64,000 nucleotides of DNA from Mobula hypostoma (taxonomy: Eukaryota), in NCBI RefSeq assembly GCF_963921235.1, contig NC_086097.1:233866001-233930000 (forward strand). Reading direction: 5' to 3'. Made by a program: the position numbers and the translations under genes. Positions 37,218 through 47,664 of this stretch are shown piece by piece. Each line of letters begins with the position of its first letter. Positions within the stretch are counted from its first letter, which is position 1. The notes below the pieces were generated by a model. That model made no database searches. It worked only from the letters and a program-made list of their open reading frames with translations, and had not been told where the DNA came from.

Positions 37218-38135
37218 AAGTTCAAATGTTTAAAGGTTTTTTTTTAATCAAACTATACAACTTGAAATTTTTCTTCTCCAGGTAGCCATGAAACCAAGAA
37301 AGAAAAGAAAGGCAGGATGATCATCAATCCCCAAAATCTGTCTCCTCGCACAAAAAAAACTGAACAAAAACAGAACAGCCACTTTGACCCCCAAATCCCT
37401 CCTCCCGCACAAAAACTACAAACAAAAATGGAACAGGCTCATCAATCCTCACATCCCTCCTCCTGCACAAAACAACAAACAAAATGGAGCAGGCATATCA
37501 ACCCCAAATTCCTCCTCCCACACAAAAAAACAAACAAAATGGAACAGGTACATCAGCACCGACATCCCTCCTCGACACAAAAAGACAAACAAAATAAAAT
37601 GGGCACATTGATTCCCAAATCCCCCTCCTTGCATGGAAAATAATTAAGAAACATCAGGCGAAAAACATAGAATATAAAAAATTACAAGAAAGAGAAAAAG
37701 TCTATAGACCAAGTCCACATCCAAAATGCAGAAAACCTGGGTAACATTCTCAGGGCCCAGTGGCAGACCTTTTCCTCTCCATAGCAGAGACAGACAGTCA
37801 GTGCTCATTCTCTGCATTCACCTTGATGCTGCGATCTCTCTCGTTGCTTTCATTGGCGAACAATGGAAGATTTGACGGCGAAATGGAGTTGAACGACATC
37901 TTGTGCCCAGTCCCACAGCCTTCCTGCCACGAAGTTCGCGCACACCGGCTCTGTCTCGCAGAATCGTCTATTTGACTGCAGAATGCAGAAGTATCCAAAC
38001 AATCTCTAAGCTTCCACATTCGCCTTGATGTTTCAAGCTCCCTCACTGCTTTATTCAGTGAACTTTAGAGTCTTTAATTGGTGAAACGGAGTCAAACATC
38101 AGCTCACAGCCTGCCTGCCATGAGGTTCCCACATA
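37218..38135 (-). mobile_element. Non-coding retroposon-like insert with a Rex1-like tail and an internal minisatellite
   Basis: Interrupts the Rex1; minus strand ends ...ttgaacttt; contains the tandem array at 37320-37640 and a degenerate direct repeat (~37878-37946 vs ~38081-38137). Confidence 0.55.
37320..37640. repeat. Minisatellite, ~5.5 degenerate copies of a 55-60-bp unit
   Basis: Approximate unit: catcaaccccaaatccctcctcccgcacaaaaaacaaacaaaatggaacaggca. Confidence 0.85.
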
Positions 38136-38912
38136 CCATACCAGATGGTGATGCAGCCAGTTAGAGTGCTCGCCACGGTACATCTATAGAAATTTGTGAG
38201 TGTCTTTGGTGACATACCAAATCTCCTCAAACTCCTAATGAAATATAGCCACAGTCATGCGTTCTCTGCAGCTGCATTGATATGTAGGCCTAGGATAGAT
38301 CCTCACAGATATTGACACCCAGGAACTTGAACATACTCACTCTTTTCCGCTTCTGATTCCTCTATGAGGACTGATGTGTGTTCCCTTATCTTACCCCTTT
38401 CTGAAGTCCACAATCAGTTCTTTGGTCTTACTGACATTGAGTGTAAGGTTGATGCTGCTGACTACTGAAAGAACTAATATATCTCGCTCCTGTACATTCT
38501 CTCAACACCATCTGGAATTCTGCCATCAATGGTTGTATCATCAGTCAATTTATAGATGGTACTTGAGTTTTACCTATCCACACACTCATGGGTGTAGAGA
38601 GAGTAGAGCAGTGGGCTACGCAGACATCCAGTGTTGATAGTCAGTGAGGTGGAGATGTTATTTCTGATCCGCACAGATTGTGATCTTCCAGTTAGAAAGT
38701 CAAGGGTCAGAAGTAACAATTATTTCATTCTCCTTTACACTTGTGTACCAGAAATAACATTAAACAATCCTGAATCTTGAATCTTGAAATATCCAATCAG
38801 CCATTTGGCAGCAACTCAATGCATAAACTCCCACCACCAAATTCAAGAACAGTTGCTACCCCTTAACCATCAGGCTCTTGAACAAAGGTGGATAGCGACA
38901 CTCATTCAATTT

Positions 38913-39788
38913 ATAGATAGACAGATAGATAGATATACTTTATTAATCCTGAGGGAAATTGGGTTTCGTTACAGCCGCACCAACCAAGAATTGAGTGTAA
39001 ATATAGCAATACAAAAAACCCCAACAATCAAACAACAAAATGCAAACTATGCCAGATGGAAAATAAGTCCAGGACCTGTCTATGGCTCAGGGTGTCTGAC
39101 CCTCCACGGGAGGAGCTGCACGTTCGATGGCCACAGGCAGGAACGACCTCCCGTGCCGCCCAGTGTTGTATCTCAGTGGAATGTGGCCGAAGTCCAATAG
39201 TAAAAAGTTCAATATCCAGTCTACAAACACATTCCTCGATCGTATTATGACCCGGATTATACCATCTGTTGTTATCCAGAACAGTAAGCACCCAACTCCT
39301 TTACGCTTACCGCTCTCAGTGCACTTCCGGTCAGCCAGAACGGTCTGGAAGCCGTCCATGGAGAAGTTTTGATCGGGAATGTCCTCATGCAGCACCGTTC
39401 CAGTGAAGCACATAACCCTGCACTCCAGGAATGTTCTCCAATGCCTGGCTAGTGCCGTGAACCCAACCATTTTATTACCCACCGAACTCCTCTTCACCAT
39501 AAGTCTCTGTTGTCTCGACCTGGTCCTCTTTCCTCGACTTTGTGATCCCCCTCTGCATCCTCTGTGTGTTTTCCTCCAGATTTCAGCAGGGGTGTCCGCC
39601 ACTCTGCTCGCTAAACCGGCCGGCATTAGCGCAAACAGCTGGTCCCTGGAATACACAATGCAACCTTGCTTCTGTCCCGCGTGTCGGGATGTAACTATTT
39701 CCAGCGCTAAAAACCCAAATAAAACTCTCTCTACCAGCATGTTAGAGAGGGTGCAGCTTCGACGTGTTATCGTGGAAAAAAAAACAAA
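38913..39788 (-). mobile_element. Non-autonomous Rex1 internal-deletion derivative, copy 2 (apparently complete)
   Basis: Same internal junction as 9126-9906; (TCTA)n tail; short aattt duplication at 38908-38912 and 39789-39793. Confidence 0.85.
39087..39740 (-). CDS. 217-aa ORF of the Rex1 derivative (N-terminus + partial endonuclease + shifted-frame segment + C-terminal motif); translation unproven
   Basis: ATG at 39740 (MLVERVLFGF...IVYSRDQLFAL...VMCFTGTVLHEDIPD...ADR...RSFLPVAI). The same frame is open in copy 1 up to the stop at 9724. Confidence 0.35.
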   Translation of the reverse strand: MLVERVLFGFLALEIVTSRHAGQKQGCIVYSRDQLFALMPAGLASRVADTPAEIWRKTHRGCRGGSQSRGKRTRSRQQRLMVKRSSVGNKMVGFTALARHWRTFLECRVMCFTGTVLHEDIPDQNFSMDGFQTVLADRKCTESGKRKGVGCLLFWITTDGIIRVIIRSRNVFVDWILNFLLLDFGHIPLRYNTGRHGRSFLPVAIERAAPPVEGQTP

Positions 39789-40785
39789 AATTTCTGATGT
39801 TCCCACATCCAATGGTTTCACTTTAAGGATTCTTTAACTTGTTATATCATACTCTTATTATTATATTTGCATTTGCACAGTTTGCTGTTCATTGATCCTG
39901 TTTTACAGATTCTTTTCTATAGATTTGCTAAGTATGCCCGCAGGATTAAAAAAATCTCAGGGTTGTATGTGGTGACATGTATGTACTCTGATGATAAATT
40001 TTATGTTGAACTTTGAAATAATCACATGCTACTACAGTGGTGTGAGCAGAGCAGCTTCTCTAAATGCATAACCTACTGAACCTTGAAGCTGATGGGCTAC
40101 AGCAGCAGAAAACCACTTTATTAGATACAGGAGAACTTTGCAGTGAATTGCCCGCAAGAAAATGAATTTCAGGGTTGTATATGGTGACATATATGTACTT
40201 TAATAATAAATTTACTTTGAACTTTGACTTTTATTTCATGGAATATTTGAGGTGCAGGTATTTGTATCTCTTAAGCATAGAAAAAAAAGAAATTGAAATG
40301 GAACACAAGAATAGGGCTGCTTTGGTGTTGATCCAAAGAATTGAACATAATGAATGAAATTACTACAGTAAGACATCTATATACTTTCTTCCAGCTTTTT
40401 CTCATTTCAATAAAAAACATATAATGTGGTCGAGGAACAGTCACGGCAGGAGGAGGGGAGCGAGAGGCTCAGGAGAACGCTGAGTGCTGGGAAGCAGCTC
40501 AGGTGGGTGTGCTTTAAAAAGGAGCATGGAGGGCAACTGAAGGGTTAAACAGTGTGTTGATTAGTTGATTAGAGAAGTGAGTACTTGAGATAATTGGCAG
40601 GGACAAATAAAAGGAGAGGTAACTGAAGAGGAGCGGCCAGTGTGTGAGTGGCTCAGGGTAGGAGTGGAGCTTTGAGGCTTTGGCTCGAGAGGCTTCGGTG
40701 AACAGAGGCTGAGGACGAGCCTGCTCCCAGTGAGGTAAGGCCGGGTAAGTTCCTTTAATTAATTTAGTTAACTTAGGAGTAGGTA

Positions 40786-41724
40786 ATGGAGGCAACAGTT
40801 AGAGCAGTCGAGTGCTCCGGATGCAGTACATGGGAAGTCAGGGACAGCACAGTTGTCCCTGATGACTACACCTGTAAAAAGTGCATCCAGCTGCAGCTCC
40901 TGACAAACCGAGTTAAGGAACTGGAGCTGGAGCTGGATGAACTTTGGATCATTTGTGAGGTAGAAGCAGAAATAGACAGGAGTTTCAGGGAGATAGTCAC
41001 CCCTAAAGGTCAGGAGACAGGAAGCTGGGTGACTGTCAGGAGAGGGAAGGGGAATAGACAGAAAGAGCAGAGCACCCCTGTGACCGTTCCCATCAATAAG
41101 TATACCGTTTTGGATACTGTTGGTGGGGACGACCTACCAGGGACAAGTTGTAGTGATCACGTCTCTGGCACCGAGACTGGTCCCTCATCTCATAAAGGAA
41201 GGAGGGAAAACAGGAGAGCAGTAATGATAGGGGATTCAATAGTTAGGGGGACAGATAACAGGTTCTGTGGGAGAGATCAAGAATCCCGCATGGTCCCTTA
41301 CCTCCCTGGTGCCAGGGTCCGCGATATCTCGGATCGAGTTCTCGGTATTCTCAGGAGGGAGGGTGAGCAGCCAGATGTTGTGGTCCATGTAGGGACCAAT
41401 GACGAGGATAGGAAGGAAGAGGAGGTCCTGCAAAGAGAGTATAGGGAGTTAGGGGCAAAGTTGAAGGACGGGACCTCCAGGGTTGCAATCTCAGGATTGC
41501 TACCCGTGCCACGTGCTAGTGAGGCTAGAAATAGGAAGATAATGCAGCTAAATACGTGGCTAAGGAGTTGGTGCAGGAGGGAGGGTTTCATGTTTCTAGA
41601 CAATTGGGCTTTGTTCCAGGGAAGGTGGGATCTGTTCCAACGGGATGGTTTGGACCTGAACTGGAGGGCAACTAACATCCTCGCAGGTAGGTTTGCTAGT
41701 GCTGCTCCAGGGGGTTTAAACTAG
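40786..41724 (+). CDS. CR1 ORF1 protein: CxxC-CxxC zinc finger, leucine zipper and SGNH/GDSL esterase domain
   Basis: 312-aa uninterrupted ORF: CSGC...CKKC, heptad leucines, MIGDSIVRG, HVGTND, DGLDLN. Confidence 0.85.
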   Translation: MEATVRAVECSGCSTWEVRDSTVVPDDYTCKKCIQLQLLTNRVKELELELDELWIICEVEAEIDRSFREIVTPKGQETGSWVTVRRGKGNRQKEQSTPVTVPINKYTVLDTVGGDDLPGTSCSDHVSGTETGPSSHKGRRENRRAVMIGDSIVRGTDNRFCGRDQESRMVPYLPGARVRDISDRVLGILRREGEQPDVVVHVGTNDEDRKEEEVLQREYRELGAKLKDGTSRVAISGLLPVPRASEARNRKIMQLNTWLRSWCRREGFMFLDNWALFQGRWDLFQRDGLDLNWRATNILAGRFASAAPGGLN

Positions 41725-42273
41725 ATTTGCAGGGGGAGAGGAACCAGAGTGTTAGAGCAGATAGTGAGGTGGAGGAGGATAAAGGTCATGCAAGGACTGC
41801 ATGTATAGACAGTAATCAAAGGTTTGTATGTGATAGAAATGTTCTCAGGTGCATCTATTTCAATGCAACAAGTATTGTAGGTAAGGCAGATGAGTTTAGG
41901 GCATGGATTGGCATGTGGGATTATGACATTATTGCTATTAGTGAGACTTGGTTGCAGGAGGGGCAGGACTGGCAGCTTAGTGTTCCGGGGTTCCGTTGTT
42001 TCATATGTGATAGAGGAGGAGGGATGAAAGGGGGAGGAGTGGCATTACTAGGCAGGGAGATAATCACAGCTATGTGTTGACAGGACAGCCCGGATGGCTT
42101 GTCTACAGAGGCCATATGGGTGGAGCTGAGGAACGGGGAAGGTGTGTGACCACACTAATAGGGTTGTATTATAGACCGCCCAATAGTCAGAGAGAATTGG
42201 AGGAGCAAATCTGTAGAGAGATGGCAGACCGATGTAAGAAACAGAAAGTTGTAATAGTAGGGGATTTTAACTT

Positions 42274-42796
42274 TAGATTAGATTATGAGGACACGCAGTC
42301 CTCTTTTATTGTCATTTAGTAATGCATACATTAGGAAATGATACAATTTGTTCCTCCAGAATGATATCACAGAAACACAGGACAAACCAAGACTAAAAAA
42401 AACTGACAAAAACCAAATAATTATAACATATAGTTACAACAGTGCAAAGCAATACAGTAATTTGATGAAGAACAGACCATGGGCACAGTAAAAAAAGTCT
42501 CAAAGTCTCTCGAAAGTCCCATCATCTCATGCAGATGGTTGAAGGGAGAAACTCTCCCTGCCATGAGCTTCCAGCGCCGCAAACTTGCCGATGCAGCATC
42601 CTGGAAACACCCGACCACAGTCCGACTCTGAGTCCATCCAAAAACTTCCAGCCTCCGACCAGCCCATCGACACTGAGCACCGAGCACCATCTCTGCCAAG
42701 CACTTTGACCCCAGCCCCGGCAACAGGCAATAGGCAAAGCTGAGGATTTGGGGCCTTCCCCTCCAGAGATTCTCGATCACGCAGTAGCAGCGGCAG
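42274..42796 (-). mobile_element. ~670-bp retroposon family, copy 2 (5'-truncated)
   Basis: Splits the CR1 GDFNF|HIDW motif; (ATCTA)n tail; homologous to 54855-55360. Confidence 0.85.
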
Positions 42797-45794
42797 CATA
42801 TTGACTGGGACTCCCACACTGTGAAAAGGTAGATGGTGTGGAGTTTGTCAGATGTGTTCAGGAAAGTTTTCTAAATCAATATATAAAGGTACCAACGAGA
42901 GAGGAAGCAATACTTAATCTCCTATTAGGGAACCAGACAGGCCAGCTGACAGAAGTATGTGTAGGCAAACATTTTGGGTCCAGTGACCATAATGTCATTA
43001 GTTTTAAGTTAATTATGGATAAGGATAGGTCTGGTCCTCGAGTTAAGGTTCCAAATTGGAGAAGGGCCAATTTTGAGGAAATGAGAAAGGATCTAGGAAG
43101 AGTGGAGAGGGATAAGTTGTTTTCTGGCAAAGATGTGTTCAGTATGTGGAAGGCATTCAAAGGTAAAATTTTGAGAGTGCGGAGTTTGCATCTTCCTGAC
43201 AGGGTTAAAGGCAAATTTAACAGGCATAGGGAACCTTGGTTCAAGGGATATTGGCGAACTGGGTAAGAAAAAAAGAGAAGTTTATAGCAGGTATAGGCAA
43301 CAAGGAACAAATGAGGTTCTTGAAGAGTATACAAAATATAAGAAAATGCTAAAGAAGGAAATCAGGAAGGCAAAAAGAAGACATGACTTTGCTTTGGCAG
43401 ATAACGTGAAGGTAAACCCAAAGGGTTTTTACAAGTATATTAAGAGTAAAAGGATAGTAAGGAACAAAACTGGTTCCCTAGAAGATCAAAGTGGTCGTCT
43501 ATGTGTGGAGCCTTGCGAGATGGGGGAGATCTTAAACAGTTTTTTTGCATCAATATTTAATCAGGAAACTAGCATAGCGTATATGGAAGGAAGGGAAACA
43601 AGCAGTAGTGTCATGGAACATACGGAGATTAAAGAGGAGGAGGTGCTTGCTGCCTTACAGTGAATAAAGGTAGATAAATCCTCCAGGCCTGACATGATAT
43701 TTCCTCGGACCTTGAGAGAGACAAGTGTAGAAATTGCAGGGGCCCTGGCAGAAGTATTTAAAATGTCCTTAGCCACGGGTATGGTGCCGGAGGATTGGCG
43801 GGTAGCTCGTGTTGTTCCATTGTTTAAAAAAAGCTCCAAAAGTAAACCAACTAATTACAGGCCAGTGAGCCTGACTTCAGTAGTAGGTAAATTATTGGAA
43901 GGTGTTCTGAGAGATCGGATATACAAATATTTGGACAGCCACGGGCTGGTTAAGGATAGTTAGCATGGCCTTGTGCATGGTAGATCATGTTTAACGAATC
44001 TTGTAGAGTGTTTTGAGGAGGTTACCAAGAAAGTAGATGAAGGAAAGGCTGTGGATGTTGTCTACATGGACTTTAGTAAGGCCTTTGACAAGGTCCCACA
44101 TAGGAGGTTAATTCAGAAGTTTTAGACACTAGGTATCCAGGGAGAGGTTGTAAACTGAATTCAAAATTGGCTGTGTGGGAGAAGGCAGAAAGTGTAGTGG
44201 ATGATTGCTTATCAGGCTGGAGGCCTGTGACTATTGGTGTGCCTCAAGAAACTGTGCTGGAACCATTGTTGTTTGTTGTCTATATCAATGATCTAGATAA
44301 TAATGTGTAAATTGGATCAGCAAGTTTGCTGATGACACTAAGGTTGGAGGCATTGTGGACAGCGAGAAAGGCTTTCAAAGCTTGCAGAGGGATCTGGACC
44401 AGCTGGAAAAATGGGCCAGGAAATGGCAGATGGAATTTAATGCAGACAAGTGTGAGGTGTTGCATTTTGGAAGGACATATCAAGGTAGGACATACACAGT
44501 AAATGGTAGGGCACTGAGGAGTGCGGAGGAGCAAAGAGATCTGGGAATTCAGATACATAATTCCCTGAAAGTGGCGTCACAGGTAGACTGGGTTGTAAAG
44601 AAGGTTTTTGGCATCTTGGGATTCATAAATCAAAGTATTGAGTTTAGGAGTTGGGATGTTATGGTGGGGTTGTATAAGACATTGGTGAGGCCAAATTTGG
44701 AGTATTGTGTACAGTTCTGGTCACTTAACTATAGGAAGGATATCAGTAAGATTGAAAGAGTGCAGAGAAGATTTACGAGGATGTTGCCGGGTCTTCAGGA
44801 GTTGAGTTACAGGGAAAGATTGAACAGGTTAGGACTTTATTCCTTGGAGCATAGAAGAATGAGGGGAGATTTGATAATTGTTTACAAAATTATGAGGGGC
44901 ATAGACAGAGTAAATGCGAATAGGCTCTTTCCACTTAGATTAGGAGAGATAAATACGAGAGGACATGGCTTTAGGGTGAAAGGGGAAAGGTTTAGGGGGA
45001 ACTTCTTCACTCAGAGAGTGGTGGGAGTGTAGAACGAGCTGCCAGCTGATGTGATAAATGCAGGCTCACTTAAATTTTAAGAATAAATTGGGTAGGTACA
45101 TGGATGGGAGAGGTCTGGAGTGTAATGGACTGGGTGCAGGTCAATGGAACTAGCGGAATAATGTTTCGGCACAGACTAGAAGGGCCGAATGGTCTGTTTT
45201 CTGTGCTGTAGTGTTCTATGGTTCTAAGGTTCTAAATTTTAGCCACAAATTGTGCCTAAACTAATATTCCACCAGTCTTAGTTTCTAAGAGTGTATAGCA
45301 TCCTCTTAAAGTCTTACCAGTTGCATCAATGCAAGATCATCCAAACAAACAATTTGCCAGAAAATATCTGTATTCCACACCGTGTTTAATGCATTATGGA
45401 GTCTGGCTTCTGTGATCACTCCATCATTAAGCTTCTCTATAAATCGGAGTATTGGCATAGCTTATACCATTTAGATAAAGATATTGCTGTTGGCTTACAA
45501 TCATAGTAAGTGGCAGGTGGTTTGTGAATGCCTACCATCTGCAGCTACGGCTAAACCCCAATGTACTTCATTAATACTGTTGGTCTAGTAAATGTCATTT
45601 GATGCCAATCTCATTATTATATTCTGAGTGCCGGAATACAAGGTATGCTCCTTATTATCTTCCTTAAACTTTTAAATAATACATATACAAATCCAGAATG
45701 TTTTGTTTCAGAACTAACTATCTATTGTTAAAGAAGCTGAAGAAGTGCAGGTGAATTGTATGCTCTCCATGTCCATTTCCATACTATTTTCATA

Positions 45795-46156
45795 CAGTAT
45801 GTTGGGACCAGATTAGATCCTCAGAGATCTTGACCCCCAGGAACTTGAAATTGCTCACTCTCTCCATTTCTGATCCCTCTATGAAGATTGGTTCATGTTC
45901 CCTTATCCTACCTTTTTCTGAAGTCCACAATCATCTCTTTGGTCTTACTGACATTGAGTGCAAGGTTGTTGCTATGACACCACTCAACTAGCTGGTATTT
46001 CTTGATCCCGTATGTCCTCTTGTCTACCTCTGAGATTCTGTCAACAATGGTTGTATTATCAACAAATCTATACTGTAGATGGCATTTGAGCTATGCCCAG
46101 CCACACAGTCATGTGTATAGAGTGAGTAGAGCAGTGGACTAAGCACACAGCCCTGA
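45795..46156 (-). mobile_element. Rex1 RT internal fragment
   Basis: Homologous to 1445-1800 ([11 protein letters not shown] region). Confidence 0.8.
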
Positions 46157-46574
46157 AACAAGAAAATGTAAAACAGAAAAGTTGGATACATTCAATAGTT
46201 CATGCAGAATGTTTCAAGTATATGACTTCTGATCAGAATTCTTAAATTATGTGTGTTTTATAAAAAGTTAAAATACAAAAGGCTCCAGTTTTCTGTGGCC
46301 TCCTTCAGATGGAGTCAGACATGGTGAAGAAGTGGTTTATCTGTGTGAGAAAGAAATTTAAATTGTATTCGCCATTGCACTGGCACAGCTCAGAAAAGAA
46401 ATCTCTATTTATTGCTGTTATCTAATGTAATTACCTAATTTGGGAATATAGATCTGCTCTTTCACAGTTTGTTTTTATGCTTACAACATTTTGCACCATT
46501 TTTTATGGTTACCACAGCTTGTCTAAGCTAGATTACTTGACATTTTATTCTGTCTTTGGAAAATTGTCACCTAC

Positions 46575-46686
46575 TCTTGGATTCATATGCATTTGAATGT
46601 GGAGCCTTCTTTCCACAACTAAATAAATCATTAGAAAATGAAATTAGACTTCTCATACATCTTTTAACTTTTTCATTGCAATGAGG
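46575..46686 (-). other. Candidate exon
   Basis: T-run...gactgaag acceptor and GTAGGT donor; reads PHCNEKVKRCMRSLISFSNDLFSCGKKAPHSNAYESK. Confidence 0.3.
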
Positions 46687-46894
46687 CTTCAGTCGGAACA
46701 AAAAAAAACTGATAATGTAATTTCTCAGCAGGTGAGCTAACACTTCTGGAGATGGAAACAGAGTTAATATTTCAGGTGTATAACATTTAATCAGATTTGG
46801 AAAAGTGGGAAATGAAGTATCCCTTAGGTTATGAATACAGGAAAGTGGATGGAACAAAGTGAATGTCTGATGGTGTGTAGATCAGAGAAGTCCA

Positions 46895-46992
46895 GGTCAC
46901 AGGAAGGGTTTTGGCCCAAAGTATCAACTGTTTACTCTTTTCCATGGATACTGCCTGGTCTGCTGAATTCCTCCAGCATTTTGTGTGTATTA
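46895..46992 (+). mobile_element. Degenerate PLE terminal repeat
   Basis: gaagggttttggcccaaagtatcaactg...ctgctgaattcctccagcattttgtgtgt; hammerhead core eroded. Confidence 0.7.
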
Positions 46993-47269
46993 CACATGTT
47001 TGTTATTCGTGCCACCTTAGAGAAGGTGGCGAATGTTTGTGAATGAATGCGAGAGAAAAAAAAATCTGAAATGTGAAATTCAGAACATTGCAGTATCTGG
47101 GAATTCCAAATGATAGAGAAACCTAAAAAGAAATCAGTAGATCACACATCATTTGTGGAGAGAAAATTAAGCTAATACTATGACTTTACATTAGGAGTGG
47201 TCAGTGCTGATGGAAGCAACATTGAGAGGTTGTGTCCTTCAAATTTAGTTGAAAGATCTACAGAGATAC

Positions 47270-47625
47270 AAAGATGATGGATGAGGGTAGAGGAGAGAAT
47301 GTTATCTATATGGACTTCAGTAAAAGTATTTGACAAAGTCCTTTGTGGTTGCTGGCACAGAAGGGATTAGTTAATAAACTGGATCCTGTATTGATTTTGT
47401 CATAGAAAACAGAGGATAGTGGTGGATGGGAGTTCTTTGACTAGGGGTTGATTTCCAGTAGTGTTCCACAAGGATCAGTGCAGAGACCTTGTCGCTTGTA
47501 AGATGCATGAATGATTTAACCAATTTCCCCCGGGATCAGTAAAGTATGACTATGACTATTTGGATGAAAACCTAACATAATTAGGAAGTTTCCAGATGAT
47601 GCAAAAAAAATGGTGGAATTATGGA
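47270..47625 (+). mobile_element. Old CR1 RT fragment containing a 40-bp Rex1-type tail insertion (47518-47557)
   Basis: YMDFSK, VPQGSV, NDLDE and KFPDD remnants; the insert is flanked by attt. Confidence 0.7.
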
Positions 47626-47664
47626 TACAGAATAAGGCTTTTGAAAAATTTCATTCCAACATTT

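Larger units (their letters stand above)
36833..38708 (-). mobile_element. Rex1 LINE 3' portion with two nested insertions
   Basis: Homologous to 800-1110 and 1300-1880; interrupted at ~37014 and ~37218. Confidence 0.8.
36286..38785 (+). mobile_element. Rex1 LINE 3' fragment (36286-36830 and 38710-38785) interrupted by an antisense Rex1
   Basis: KTKEMV, RLYVLRRLKR, SFYR remnants; (tcttgaa) tail at ~38770-38787. Confidence 0.7.
38829..40015 (+). mobile_element. Rex1 3' end (38829-38912 and 39789-40015) split by the deletion derivative
   Basis: caccaccaaattcaagaacagttgctacccc (TTKFKNSCYP); 3' UTR ends gataaattttatgttgaactttga. Confidence 0.75.
36235..40130 (+). mobile_element. Tc1-like DNA transposon remnant in three pieces (~36235-36285, ~38786-38828, ~40017-40130)
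   Basis: TIR-like ctcagtagccactttattcggtgcacc and a transposase-like remnant ...ttgaagctgatgggctacagcagcagaaaacca (LKLMGYSSRKP). Confidence 0.5.
40426..45234 (+). mobile_element. Near full-length CR1-clade LINE (5' UTR, open ORF1, disrupted ORF2)
   Basis: Purine-rich 5' UTR; ORF1; ORF2 pieces (ISETW, GDFN, SDHN, NYRPVSLTS, KFADD region, VRPNLEYCVQFW); (gttctatg/gttctaag) tail; interrupted at 42274-42796. No clear TSD. Confidence 0.92.

Noticed and set aside
37320..37640. Tandem array as a CRISPR-like locus
   Set aside because: The units are degenerate along their whole length, with no constant repeat and unique spacer, and there are no cas-like ORFs.
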